NCBI GenBank assembly: GCA_965277805.1
Contig: OZ255842.1
Span: 128,001 to 192,000 of the forward strand
Reading direction: 5' to 3'
DNA from: Candidatus Lustribacter sp.
GTDB lineage: Bacteria; Vulcanimicrobiota; Vulcanimicrobiia; Vulcanimicrobiales; Vulcanimicrobiaceae
Length of the DNA stretch: 64,000 nucleotides
The stretch's first letter is position 1. Every line of letters starts with the position of its first letter. Below the pieces are notes generated by a model that did not search any database, had not been told where the DNA came from, and worked only from the letters and a program-made list of their open reading frames with translations. Positions 10,444 through 20,303 of the stretch are shown one piece after another. The position numbers and the translations under genes are program-made.

Positions 10444-11840
10444 TGGCAACGATCTACATCGAGACGCACGGCTGTCAGATGAACGAGGCGGACTCGCAGT
10501 ATATCGTGCGCCGCGCGGGCGCCGCCGGCTATACGTTGGCCGAACGGGCCGAAGACGCATCGGTGCTGGTACTCAACACGTGCACGGTACGCGATAACGC
10601 CGAGAAGCGCGCCTACGGCCGCATCCATCACTGGAAGGCGATCAAGGATGCCGATCCGTCCGTGCGCGTCGTCGTGGCCGGTTGTCTGGCGGAACAAGAT
10701 CGCGACCGGATGGGCGAGCTCGTGCCGCACGTCGACGGCATCTTCGGCACGCGCGATTTGCGCGCGCTCGGCGATCAACTCGAGGCCTGGCGCCCGGAAT
10801 TCGCCGACGACGGCGACACGACCGAGCGCGAACTCGACACCATCATCGGCGGTACCAGCGACGGCATCACAGGACCCTACGATACGCTGCGCGCGTTCGT
10901 CAACGTGCAGCGCGGCTGTTCGTACTTCTGCACGTTCTGCATCGTCCCGCACGTGCGGGGCCGTTTCGACCACCGCCCGATGAGCGAGATCCTCGATGAG
11001 GTGAACCGCAAGGTCGCGGCCGGCGCGCGCGAGATCATGCTGGTCGGCCAGACCGTCAACGCGTACAAGGAGCCGGCGACCGGCGCCGACTTCGCCGATC
11101 TGCTCGAAGAAGTGTCGGCGATCGCGGGCGTCGAGCGCATCGCGTTCGTGTCCTCGCATCCGAAGGATCTCAACGAGAAGCTCGCGCGCGTGGCCGCGAC
11201 GCTGCCGAAGATGAACCCGCGCTTCCACCTAGCCGTGCAGTCGGGCTCGAACCCGATGCTGCGCCGGATGAACCGCAAGTATTCGATCGAAGAATTCCGC
11301 GACCGCATCGCGATGTTCCTCAGCTACAATCCGGACTGGGCGATCACGACCGATATCATCGTCGGCTTTCCGGGCGAAACCGAAGCGGATTTTCAAGCGA
11401 CGCTCGAGCTGTGTGCGACCGGCATGTTCGCGCAAGCCTACATGTTCGTCTACTCGCCGCGCCGCGGCACGCCGGCGGCGCACTGGGACCCGGTGGCGCC
11501 CGACGTCGCGCGCGAACGCTTTGCGCGGCTCGTCGCCGTCACCGACGCGCACGTGCGCGGCTACCACGACCGCAAGATCGGCACGACGGTGCGCGCGCTG
11601 ATCCACGGCGTCTCGCGCAAAGACCCCACGCGCCTGGCGGCCAAGACGACCGACAACGTGACCGTGCACTTCCCGATGATCGAGTCGGCTCCGGACCTCG
11701 ACCAGCCGTGGATTGACGTCACGGTCGACCGCGCTGCGGTGTGGGGCGTGTCGGGAATTGCGGTCGGCCGCGCGCGCCGTTGGGATGCGCCCGCGCAGCC
11801 GGTCGCCGCACCGGTCATCGATCTCGTCGGGCTGCGGTAG
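10443..11840 (+). CDS. miaB: tRNA methylthiotransferase MiaB
   Basis: ETHGCQMNEADS, NTCTVRDNAE, GCSYFCTFCIVP, TDIIVGFPGETE, YSPRRGTPAA. Confidence 0.96.
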   Translation: MATIYIETHGCQMNEADSQYIVRRAGAAGYTLAERAEDASVLVLNTCTVRDNAEKRAYGRIHHWKAIKDADPSVRVVVAGCLAEQDRDRMGELVPHVDGIFGTRDLRALGDQLEAWRPEFADDGDTTERELDTIIGGTSDGITGPYDTLRAFVNVQRGCSYFCTFCIVPHVRGRFDHRPMSEILDEVNRKVAAGAREIMLVGQTVNAYKEPATGADFADLLEEVSAIAGVERIAFVSSHPKDLNEKLARVAATLPKMNPRFHLAVQSGSNPMLRRMNRKYSIEEFRDRIAMFLSYNPDWAITTDIIVGFPGETEADFQATLELCATGMFAQAYMFVYSPRRGTPAAHWDPVAPDVARERFARLVAVTDAHVRGYHDRKIGTTVRALIHGVSRKDPTRLAAKTTDNVTVHFPMIESAPDLDQPWIDVTVDRAAVWGVSGIAVGRARRWDAPAQPVAAPVIDLVGLR

Positions 11841-11847
11841 TTCGCCC

Positions 11848-14370
11848 TTGACCGACGTCATCCAATGGTCGCCGATGCTCGAGCAATACTTCTGGATGAA
11901 AGCGAAGCACCCGGATGCGATCCTCCTCTCGCGCGTCGGCGACTTCTATGAAGCGTACGGCGACGATGCCGAGACGATCGCGCGGGCGCTGCAGATCGCG
12001 CTGACCTCGAAGGACGCCGGCGGCGGCAAGAAGATCGCGATGGCCGGCGTGCCGCATCACGCGCTCGACGGCTATCTGGCTAAGCTCGTGTTGCAACGGC
12101 GCGTCGTTGCGCTGGCCGAGCAGCTCGAGGCGCCGATTCCGAACAAGCTCGTGCGCCGCGACGTCGTGCGCGTGGTGACGCCGGGCACCGTCATCGAAGA
12201 GACGATGCTCGACCCGGGCACACATACCTATCTCGCTGCCGTCGCGGCAATCGGCGACGTCGTCGCGCTCGCGCACGCCGATGTATCGACCGGACACGTA
12301 ATGGCGACGGCCTTTTCCGGCGAGACCGCGTTCGACGATGCGCTCGCGGAGATCGCGCGGCTCGATCCGGCCGAACTCGTCGCCGACGTTCCGGCCGATG
12401 CGCGTGCGGCACTCGAACGCGCGCTCGAGACCGCGCAAACGCGCGTGGTCACGCCGCCGCTGGCGTCGGTCCCGGGCTCGGCCGCGCTGATCGACGGCTT
12501 CTCGCACGACGAGTCGCTGGCGATGCGGCGCACGCTCGACGCGCTCGGCGCGTTCGTACGCCGGGTGGGCGTGCCGCAGAGCACGGGCGAGGCGTTCCGG
12601 CCGCCGCAGTACTATTCGCAGAACGCGTTTCTCGCGCTCGATGCCAACACGCGCAAGCACCTCGAGCTGCACCGCGCGCTCGGCAGTAACGCCAAGGCGA
12701 CGCTGCTCGCGACGATCGATCGCACGCGCACCGCGATGGGCTCGCGGCTGCTCGCGCGCTGGCTCTCGGCGCCGCTGATCGGAGCGGCGGGGATTGCCGC
12801 GCGCGCCGACTGCGTCGCAGCGTTTGTAAACGACGGCGGACGCCGCGCCGCGATCGCCGACGTGCTGCACGCCTGTTTCGACCTCGAACGCATCGCGCAG
12901 AAGATTCGTTTCCGGCGCGCGCTGCCGCGCGATCTCGGCTCCTTGCGCCGCACCTTGGCACTGCTCGATCCGCTGATCGACGCGCTGGCGGACCCGGCCC
13001 TGCCCGCGCTGCTGGCCGAACTGCGCGGCGGCCTGCGCGGCTTCGATGAGATGCGCGCGGATCTTGCGGCCACGCTGGTGGACGAGCCGCCCGCCACGCT
13101 CGCCGACGGCGGCGTCATCCGTCCCGGCGCGTCACCCGATCTGACCGAATGTGTGGCGCTGCGCGGCGACGTGCGCGCCAACCTGAACGCGCTCGAAGAG
13201 CGCGAGCGCGAGCGCAGCGGCATCAAGGGGCTGAAGATCAAGTACGCGTCGGCGTTCGGCTACGCGATCGAGATCGGCAAAGCGCAAACGGCCAACGTGC
13301 CGGCCGATTACGTGCGCCGTCAAACACTGGCCAACGCCGAACGCTACGTCACGCCCGAGCTGCGCGAACTCGATGCGGCGATCGCCGGTGCGCAAGCGCG
13401 GCAACTCCGCCTGGAGGGCGACCTCTACGCGGCGCTGCTCGAGCGGCTGGCCGAGCGCGTCGACGCGTTGCTCGGCGCGGCCGATGCGCTCGCGCACATC
13501 GACGCGTTCGTTTCGCTCGCGCAGGTTGCGTCGGAACGCTCGTACGTGCGGCCGGTGTTCGTCGAGGGCTCGGCGATCGACATCATCGACGGCCGTCATC
13601 CGGTGGTCGAGGCGTTGCTCGGATCGTCGTTCGTTCCCAACGACTTGCGCATGCACGAGGACGACACGCGCTTCATCGTGCTGACCGGCCCCAACATGGG
13701 CGGCAAGTCGACGTATCTGCGGCAAGCCGCGCTGCTCGTCATCCTCGCGCAGATCGGATCGTTCGTGCCGGCGCGCAGCGCGCAGCTCGGCATCGTCGAC
13801 CGCATCTTCACCCGCATCGGCGCGGGCGACGATCTGGCTTCCGGACAGTCGACGTTCTTCGTCGAGATGGCCGAGACCGCGGCGATCCTGCGGCGCGCGA
13901 CCAATCGGAGCTTGCTGCTGGTCGATGAAGTCGGGCGCGGGACCGGGACGATCGACGGGCTCGCGATCGCGCAAGCGATCTGTGAGTTCTTGCTCGAGCG
14001 CGAATCGCGCGGGCCGCTGACCCTGTTCGCAACGCACTTCCACGAATTGATCGCGCTGGCCGATCGCTGGCGGCTGGTCGCAAATTTTCACATCACTGCC
14101 GTGGAGAACACGGCCCGCGGCGGCGCCCCCGTCTTCTCGCATCGCGTACTGCCGGGATCGAGCTCGCGCTCGTTCGGTATCGAGGTTGCGCGGATGGCGG
14201 GCCTGCCGCCCACGGTGATCGCGCGCGCCAAAGAAATAAGCGATGCATTGAGCGGCCGGCCGAGTCTTGAAAATCAGATTCCCCTGCGCGGGAAACTGGC
14301 GAAACCGGAAATCATCGAGCAGCCGCTGCTGTTCGATCTCGGTCGAAACCGGGTAGCGGGAGAAGGATGA
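11848..14370 (+). CDS. mutS: DNA mismatch repair protein MutS
   Basis: SPMLEQY, RVGDFYE, TGPNMGGKSTY, GQSTFFVEM, DEVGRGT, SFGIEVA; TTG 11848 or ATG 11875 start. Confidence 0.97.
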   Translation: MTDVIQWSPMLEQYFWMKAKHPDAILLSRVGDFYEAYGDDAETIARALQIALTSKDAGGGKKIAMAGVPHHALDGYLAKLVLQRRVVALAEQLEAPIPNKLVRRDVVRVVTPGTVIEETMLDPGTHTYLAAVAAIGDVVALAHADVSTGHVMATAFSGETAFDDALAEIARLDPAELVADVPADARAALERALETAQTRVVTPPLASVPGSAALIDGFSHDESLAMRRTLDALGAFVRRVGVPQSTGEAFRPPQYYSQNAFLALDANTRKHLELHRALGSNAKATLLATIDRTRTAMGSRLLARWLSAPLIGAAGIAARADCVAAFVNDGGRRAAIADVLHACFDLERIAQKIRFRRALPRDLGSLRRTLALLDPLIDALADPALPALLAELRGGLRGFDEMRADLAATLVDEPPATLADGGVIRPGASPDLTECVALRGDVRANLNALEERERERSGIKGLKIKYASAFGYAIEIGKAQTANVPADYVRRQTLANAERYVTPELRELDAAIAGAQARQLRLEGDLYAALLERLAERVDALLGAADALAHIDAFVSLAQVASERSYVRPVFVEGSAIDIIDGRHPVVEALLGSSFVPNDLRMHEDDTRFIVLTGPNMGGKSTYLRQAALLVILAQIGSFVPARSAQLGIVDRIFTRIGAGDDLASGQSTFFVEMAETAAILRRATNRSLLLVDEVGRGTGTIDGLAIAQAICEFLLERESRGPLTLFATHFHELIALADRWRLVANFHITAVENTARGGAPVFSHRVLPGSSSRSFGIEVARMAGLPPTVIARAKEISDALSGRPSLENQIPLRGKLAKPEIIEQPLLFDLGRNRVAGEG

Positions 14371-15461
14371 ACGACGCTCTCGCTCGCTTTTACGACCCGG
14401 TTTATCACGATGGGATCATCGCGGTTGCGATCCTCATCGGAACGGTTGCGGTCGCTTACCTGATCCAGCGCGCGCTGTTCGCGTTTCTCGAACGCACGTT
14501 CAGTAAGAACAACGACGGCATCGTCGCGGCGCTGCTGCGGCGCGCTGAGCCGCCGTCCGGCTTCGCCTTTCCGCTGCTCGCTGCGCTGATTGCGATTCCC
14601 GAGCTCACCTTCCCGCCCGACGTCGAGGCCGTGCTGGTCAAGCTGACGGCGGTCGGCACCGTGATCGCGGTGGCGTGGGCCATCATCGCCTCGATCGGCC
14701 TCTATGCCGATTTGGTGAAGCACAAGTACAAGATGGACGTCGAGGACAACTTGCGCGCGCGCCAGGTTGAAACGCGCATCGACATCCTCGGCCGCACGGC
14801 CGTGACCGTCGTCGTGCTGATCGCGGTCGCACTCGCTGCGATGGAGTTCCCCGCGGTGCGGGTGCTCGGGACCACGCTGCTCGCCTCGGCCGGCGTTGCC
14901 GGTATCGTCCTCGGCATCGCGGCCCGGCCGCTGTTCGAAAACCTGATCGCCGGCGTGCAACTCGCGCTGGCGCAGCCGATCCGCATCGACGACGTGGTGA
15001 TCGTCGAGGGCGAATACGGCCACATCGAGCAGATCGCTTCGACGTTCGTGGTCGTGCGCATCTGGGATCAGCGCCGGATGGTGCTGCCGCTGACCTATTT
15101 CATCGAAAAGCCGTTCCAGAACTGGACCCGCACCGGCTCGGCGCTGCTCGGCACCGTGTTCCTCTACGTCGACTACAGCGTGCCGCTTCAGCCGCTACGC
15201 GACTTCTTACCGAAGATCTTGGAAACCGAGCCCAAGTGGGACGGCGCCGTCAGCCTCATCCAAGTCACCGATGCCAAAGAGGCGACGGTGGAGCTGCGGG
15301 TGCTCGTCAGCGCGCGCAATTCAGCCGATCTGTTCGACTTGCGCTGCAACGTGCGCGAACGGCTGGTCGCTTTTCTGCACCAGAATCACCCGACCGCGCT
15401 GCCGACGACGCGTCAGATGGCGATGGGTTCGCCGGCCGGCACGACCAGCGACAAGAGTTAG
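14367..15461 (+). CDS. Small-conductance mechanosensitive channel (MscS family)
   Basis: LLASAGVAGIVLGIAA, NLIAG, PIRIDD, G.IEQI. Confidence 0.92.
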   Translation: MNDALARFYDPVYHDGIIAVAILIGTVAVAYLIQRALFAFLERTFSKNNDGIVAALLRRAEPPSGFAFPLLAALIAIPELTFPPDVEAVLVKLTAVGTVIAVAWAIIASIGLYADLVKHKYKMDVEDNLRARQVETRIDILGRTAVTVVVLIAVALAAMEFPAVRVLGTTLLASAGVAGIVLGIAARPLFENLIAGVQLALAQPIRIDDVVIVEGEYGHIEQIASTFVVVRIWDQRRMVLPLTYFIEKPFQNWTRTGSALLGTVFLYVDYSVPLQPLRDFLPKILETEPKWDGAVSLIQVTDAKEATVELRVLVSARNSADLFDLRCNVRERLVAFLHQNHPTALPTTRQMAMGSPAGTTSDKS

Positions 15462-16585
15462 GTTCCGGCGGGCGGCGGCGTTTCCGCCGGTTTGCCGACG
15501 GCGTCGAGTTCGGGCGGGATGTTCGTCAACACGGCGGCCATTGCGCCCGGGCCGATCGTGCGCGCGAATTGCGCGAGCAAGTCGACCAGCTGCTGCTCGG
15601 CCGGCTCGACGAAAACCATCGGCTGCAGGTCGGTGCGCGGGGTGCGCAAGGCCGTGCGCGCGCGGCGGTATTCCGAACGTGCGACTTCCTCATCTTTGTA
15701 GTTGGTCGCGTAGTGATCGGCGACGGACATCGGGCGGCCGTCGTTGCCGCGCGTGAGCTTGGTCTCGAACGAGTCGGCCAGGCGATAGACGTCGATGACG
15801 TTTTCGATCAGCGGTTCGAGCCGCGGATCGTAGGCGAGGTGGTAGAGCTTGCGCTCAAGATCGCGCAGAATAAAGTACGACAGGTTGCCGTAGCGCGCAA
15901 CGCGCACGATCGTCACCCCGGCGAAGGGCGCCTCGAGCTGCGCGATCTTGCGTTCGGCGAACTCGCGGTCGCGCTGCTCGGTCGGCGGGACCTCGCCCTT
16001 TTCCAAGCGTTGCGCGTAGCGCGCGCGTTCGAGTTTGATCTCTTCGACGCGTTTGTGCAGCACCGCGACGCCCGGGCGCGCGTGAAACGCCGCGATGCCT
16101 TCGGGCCCCTCGAGCTTTTTCTTGATTGCGTCTTCTTGAAGGTAGAGCGCGCGCTTGAGCTGTTGCTCGAGCTCTTCTTCGTCGTGCTCCTTGCGGCGGC
16201 GCAGCGACTGCGCGGCGATGGCCTCGGCGGCGGTCGTTATGGCGCGGTTGAACATCCGCCCGGCCATGCCGAAGCTCATCAGCGACTCCCAGAAGGAGGG
16301 CTTCATCGGCTTATTGCGGTCGACGCGATGCGGATAGCGATTTGCGTAGGCCTTGAAGGCCTTCTCGGCCTTGAGCTTGCGCTCGTCGAGAATCGAGGCG
16401 GCTACCGCGATCTCAGCCCGGATGGCATCGCGCTTTTTGTTAAAGCTATTGCGCGTGCGGGACTCGGCGTCCCCGGCTTCGCGACGTTCGTACTTGACCC
16501 GCGCATCTTCATACGCAGCGATCGACTGGGCGTCTTTTTCGAAGTCCGGGATAACCGGTCCGGTACCCTCGGCCGATGTCGTCAA
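15458..16585 (-). CDS. Hypothetical charged coiled-coil protein
   Basis: Natural composition, fills the mscS-mutL gap; GAGGA upstream of TTG 16585; start inferred. Confidence 0.7.
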   Translation of the reverse strand: MTTSAEGTGPVIPDFEKDAQSIAAYEDARVKYERREAGDAESRTRNSFNKKRDAIRAEIAVAASILDERKLKAEKAFKAYANRYPHRVDRNKPMKPSFWESLMSFGMAGRMFNRAITTAAEAIAAQSLRRRKEHDEEELEQQLKRALYLQEDAIKKKLEGPEGIAAFHARPGVAVLHKRVEEIKLERARYAQRLEKGEVPPTEQRDREFAERKIAQLEAPFAGVTIVRVARYGNLSYFILRDLERKLYHLAYDPRLEPLIENVIDVYRLADSFETKLTRGNDGRPMSVADHYATNYKDEEVARSEYRRARTALRTPRTDLQPMVFVEPAEQQLVDLLAQFARTIGPGAMAAVLTNIPPELDAVGKPAETPPPAGT

Positions 16586-16693
16586 GCTCTCGGATCGTCC
16601 TCTAGGAAGTAGGGAGGAGTCGATCTTGGTTCCGCATGCAGCGCTAGCCTTACTGCCATGGAACCGCGGGGGCGCGGCGAAACGCCTGCTACA

Positions 16694-18370
16694 ATGGCGA
16701 TTCGGCTCCTCGACCCGGCGACGATCGGGCAGATCGCGGCGGGCGAAGTGATCGAACGGCCCGCGTCCGTAGTCAAAGAGCTGGTGGAAAACGCGCTCGA
16801 CGCGGGCGCTCGCCGGATCGCGGTGCGCGTGCGCGGCGGCGGCCTCGAAGAGGTCGAAGTGGCCGATGACGGCGCCGGCATTCCGGCGGAAGAAGTCGCG
16901 ACGGCCCTCTTGCGGCATGCGACCAGCAAGCTTCCCGACGCGGGCGGCCTCACCACGGTCGCAACCCTGGGTTTTCGGGGCGAGGGCTTGGCCTCGATCG
17001 CGGCGGTCGCGCGAACCACCATCGGCTCGCGTACGGCCGGTGCCGAGATTGCGACCGCGGTCGATGCTTTCGGCGAGGAGATCGGTGCGCCGTATCCGCT
17101 GGCGGGGCCGCCCGGGACGCGCGTGGTCGTGCGCGACCTCTTTGCCAACGTGCCGGCCCGGCGCGAGTATTTGCGTACGCCGGGCGCGGAATTCACCCGC
17201 ATCGCGCAGTGGCTCGCGACGATGGCCCTGGCCTATCCCGACGTGGGCTTCACGCTCGAACACGACGGCCGCCGCATCTTCGCATTTGCGCCCGACGGCG
17301 ATCCGGCCCCGCGCCTGCGCCATACGTTCGGAACGGCGTCGGCCGGGATGCTGCGCGTGCGCGGCGGGAGTGACCGGATTTCGGTCGACGGCTGGATCAG
17401 CGCGCCGGGCGACGACCGGCCCGACCGGCGCGCGCAGATCCTGTTCGTCAACGGACGTTTATTGCGCTCGACGTTGCTGTCCGGTGCGTGGAGCGGCGCG
17501 TACCGCACGTTCGCGATGACCGGACGCTATCCGTACGGCGTGCTGTTCGTCGACGTGGCGCCCGATGAGGTCGACCCGAACGTGCACCCAACGAAGAGCG
17601 ACGTGCGCTTGCGTTTCGGCGAACGCGTCAACGCGGTCGTGCGCGAAGCGATGGGCACGGCGCTGCGCAGCGCGGCCACCGCCCGCCTCGAACGCGCGAT
17701 TTCGTATGCGCCGCTTGAGAAGGTGCCTGCGTTGAGTGCGCCGGTGCTGACGGCCGTGCCCGAGTGGAGCGGTTCGCTCGTGACCGCCGCCGAATCGGCG
17801 CCGGGCCTGCGCGTGCTGGCGCAAGTGGATCGAACGTTCATTCTCGCGACCGACGGCGAAGCGGTCGTGCTGATCGACCAGCACGCCGCGCACGAACGCG
17901 TGGTGTACGAAGAGCTGATGACCAACGTCGAACACGCCGCACCCGGCGAACCGCTGCTCGTTCCGTATACGTTTGAAGTGCGGCCCGATCAGCAGCGCGC
18001 GCTGGAATCGAGCCGCGAGGCGCTGGTGGCGAGCGGTCTCGTGGTCGAGCCGTTCGGCGAACGCGCGTACCGGATCGTGGCGACGCCCGCGCATACGACG
18101 CACGCCGGACGCACGCGCGCGTTCGACGTTGCGGATTTTCTCGAGTGCCTCGACGACGACGGTCCGGCGCTCGATGCGCGGCATGCGGTGTGGGCATCGC
18201 TCGCGTGCCACTCGGTGGCGCGCGCCGGCGATCCGCTCGGACATGCGGAGATGGTGACGCTGCTCGAACGGCTGCAACGCTGTGCGAATCCAATGCACTG
18301 TCCGCACGGGCGGCCGACGATCGTGCGCCTCGAACCGGAAGCGATCGCGCGACTCTTCAAGCGCATCTGA
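16694..18370 (+). CDS. mutL: DNA mismatch repair endonuclease MutL
   Basis: IAAGEVIERPASVVKELVEN, TLGFRGEGL, NVHPTK, DQHAAHER, CPHGRP. Confidence 0.97.
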   Translation: MAIRLLDPATIGQIAAGEVIERPASVVKELVENALDAGARRIAVRVRGGGLEEVEVADDGAGIPAEEVATALLRHATSKLPDAGGLTTVATLGFRGEGLASIAAVARTTIGSRTAGAEIATAVDAFGEEIGAPYPLAGPPGTRVVVRDLFANVPARREYLRTPGAEFTRIAQWLATMALAYPDVGFTLEHDGRRIFAFAPDGDPAPRLRHTFGTASAGMLRVRGGSDRISVDGWISAPGDDRPDRRAQILFVNGRLLRSTLLSGAWSGAYRTFAMTGRYPYGVLFVDVAPDEVDPNVHPTKSDVRLRFGERVNAVVREAMGTALRSAATARLERAISYAPLEKVPALSAPVLTAVPEWSGSLVTAAESAPGLRVLAQVDRTFILATDGEAVVLIDQHAAHERVVYEELMTNVEHAAPGEPLLVPYTFEVRPDQQRALESSREALVASGLVVEPFGERAYRIVATPAHTTHAGRTRAFDVADFLECLDDDGPALDARHAVWASLACHSVARAGDPLGHAEMVTLLERLQRCANPMHCPHGRPTIVRLEPEAIARLFKRI

Positions 18371-19269
18371 TGGCGGCGCGCGACGAGGGCGTCTTGATGC
18401 TGGCCGGTCCGACGGCGAGCGGCAAGACCGAACTCGCGATCGCCCTCGCCGAACGTTTCGACGCGGAGATCGTGGGCGCCGATTCACGGCAGATCTATCG
18501 CGGCATGCCGATCGGCACGGCCGCGCCGACGGACGAACAGCGCGCGCGTGTGCCGCACCATCTAGTCGCGTTCCTCGATCCGCACGAACGCTATTCGGCC
18601 GCGCGCTACGTCGTCGACGCGCGCGCGGCGATCGACGCGATCCGCGCGCGCGGGCGCCGCGTCATCGTCGCGGGCGGTACCGGATTTTACCTGCGCGCGC
18701 TCGCCGGCGACGTCGCGCTCGATGCGGCCCACGATCCGGGCGTACGCACGCGGCTCGCCGCGGAAGCGCGCATCCACCCGCCCGAATTTCTCGCCGAATG
18801 GCTGGCCGTTCTCGCGCCCGAGCGCGCCGCAGCGATCGCCCCCAACGATCCCTACCGCATCACGCGCGCCCTGGAAGTGGCCATATCGAAGGGCGAAGTT
18901 CGGCGCGAGCCGCTTCCCACGCTGCGCGCCGGGACGATCCCCGTTGCAAAGCTCGTGCTGGACGTCGAACCCGGTGTGCTGCTGGAGCGCATCGAGCGCC
19001 GCGTCGACGGGATGCTCGCCGCGGGCTTCCTCGAAGAAGCCGAACGCGTGGGCGGTGACGCCGTCGCGGCCGATGCGGTCGGCTATCGTGAAGCGCTTGG
19101 TTTCCTGGCCGGTTTCTCGACGGCGGCGGAACTGCGGACGCAACTGATCCGGTTTACGCGGCGTTACGCTAAACGCCAGGCGACGTGGTTTCGTTCGGAG
19201 CCCGGCATCGTGCGTGTCTCGGCGGCGCAGTGTGAGGCGGCGGCAAGAGAACGCTTGGGCTGGGCGTAA
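18370..19269 (+). CDS. miaA: tRNA dimethylallyltransferase
   Basis: GPTASGKT, DSRQIY, IGTA, GGTGFY, TRRYAKRQATWF. Confidence 0.97.
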   Translation: MAARDEGVLMLAGPTASGKTELAIALAERFDAEIVGADSRQIYRGMPIGTAAPTDEQRARVPHHLVAFLDPHERYSAARYVVDARAAIDAIRARGRRVIVAGGTGFYLRALAGDVALDAAHDPGVRTRLAAEARIHPPEFLAEWLAVLAPERAAAIAPNDPYRITRALEVAISKGEVRREPLPTLRAGTIPVAKLVLDVEPGVLLERIERRVDGMLAAGFLEEAERVGGDAVAADAVGYREALGFLAGFSTAAELRTQLIRFTRRYAKRQATWFRSEPGIVRVSAAQCEAAARERLGWA

Positions 19270-19278
19270 CAGCCGGAG

Positions 19279-19530
19279 ATGAACATGCGGCAACCGCCGA
19301 TCCAAGACGTCTACCTCGCCGAAGTAAAACGCCAAGGCGTGCCGGTCGTCGTCTATCTCGTCAACGGCTTTCAGTTGCGCGGCGTCGTGAAGGGCTTCGA
19401 TCCGTTCACGATCGTGCTGGAGTTCGAGCACAAGTCGCATCTGATTTACAAACACGCCGTCTCGACGATCTCGCCGCAAGGCCCGCTGGTCGCGCCGCTC
19501 GTTCCCGAGGAGGCCGTCGCACAGTCATGA
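19279..19530 (+). CDS. hfq: RNA chaperone Hfq
   Basis: IQDVYL, YLVNGFQLRG, IYKHAVST; follows miaA. Confidence 0.97.
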   Translation: MNMRQPPIQDVYLAEVKRQGVPVVVYLVNGFQLRGVVKGFDPFTIVLEFEHKSHLIYKHAVSTISPQGPLVAPLVPEEAVAQS

Positions 19531-20303
19531 CCGCCACGGTTCCGTTCGTGAAGATGAACGGAACGCACAACGAGTTCGTCGTCGTCGACGGCCGGGAGAC
19601 CCCGGTCGACGATCCCGTCGCGCTCGGCGTGCTGATGTGCGATCCGCAGCTCGGTCCGGGCGCCGACGGCATGCTGCTGGTGCTCGACTCCGCGAGCGCC
19701 GACGTGCGGATGCGCGTCATCAACGCCGACGGCAGCGAAGCCGAGATGTGCGGCAACGGCATCCGCTGCCTGGCGCGCTACCTCGACGAGCACGACGGCC
19801 GCGCCGAAGCGATCGTCGAAACGTTATCGGGCCCGATCGCGACGCGCGTGCTTTCACGCGAGCCCTACACCGTCTCGGAAGTGATGGCCGTGCCGTTGAT
19901 CGGCTCCACCATCGAGGTTGCCGGGTTCACGGGCGTGCCGGTCGATGTGGGCAATCCGCACGTCGTGTTTGTCGTCGCCGATCTCGCGCAGATCGATTTG
20001 CCGGTGCTCGGTCCGCTCATCAGCGAAGACACCGAGCTTTTCCCCGACGGCGTCAACGTGCACTTCGTCCAGATCGCCGGCGACCGGCTGCGCGTGCTGC
20101 ACTGGGAGCGCGGCGCTGGGCCAACTGCCGCGTGCGGCACCGGTGCCGTCGCGTGCGCCGCGGTGGCGATGACGGGCTACGGCTTTACCTCGCCGGTCAC
20201 GCTCGACGTGCCGGGCGGCGTGTTGCGCGTCGAGTGGACGCCGGGCGAGCGCGCGACCCTGATCGGCGACGCCGTCGTCGAGTTTTCGTCCACCTTCGGC
20301 TGA
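19527..20303 (+). CDS. dapF: Diaminopimelate epimerase
   Basis: KMNGTHNEF, GADG, NADGSEAEMCGNGIRC, GNPH, ERGAG.T.ACGTGA. Confidence 0.96.
   Translation: MTATVPFVKMNGTHNEFVVVDGRETPVDDPVALGVLMCDPQLGPGADGMLLVLDSASADVRMRVINADGSEAEMCGNGIRCLARYLDEHDGRAEAIVETLSGPIATRVLSREPYTVSEVMAVPLIGSTIEVAGFTGVPVDVGNPHVVFVVADLAQIDLPVLGPLISEDTELFPDGVNVHFVQIAGDRLRVLHWERGAGPTAACGTGAVACAAVAMTGYGFTSPVTLDVPGGVLRVEWTPGERATLIGDAVVEFSSTFG

Noticed and set aside
16687..16696. TGnTACAAT as a leaderless mutL promoter
   Set aside because: The -10 box overlaps the ATG itself, so the spacing is incompatible
16586..17323. N-terminal extension of the 621-aa minus-strand ORF
   Set aside because: Antisense to mutL; the real gene probably starts near 16585
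19637..20302. Apparent N-terminal extension of the radical SAM ORF
   Set aside because: Off-frame overlap with dapF; the coupled ATG at 20303 is a better start
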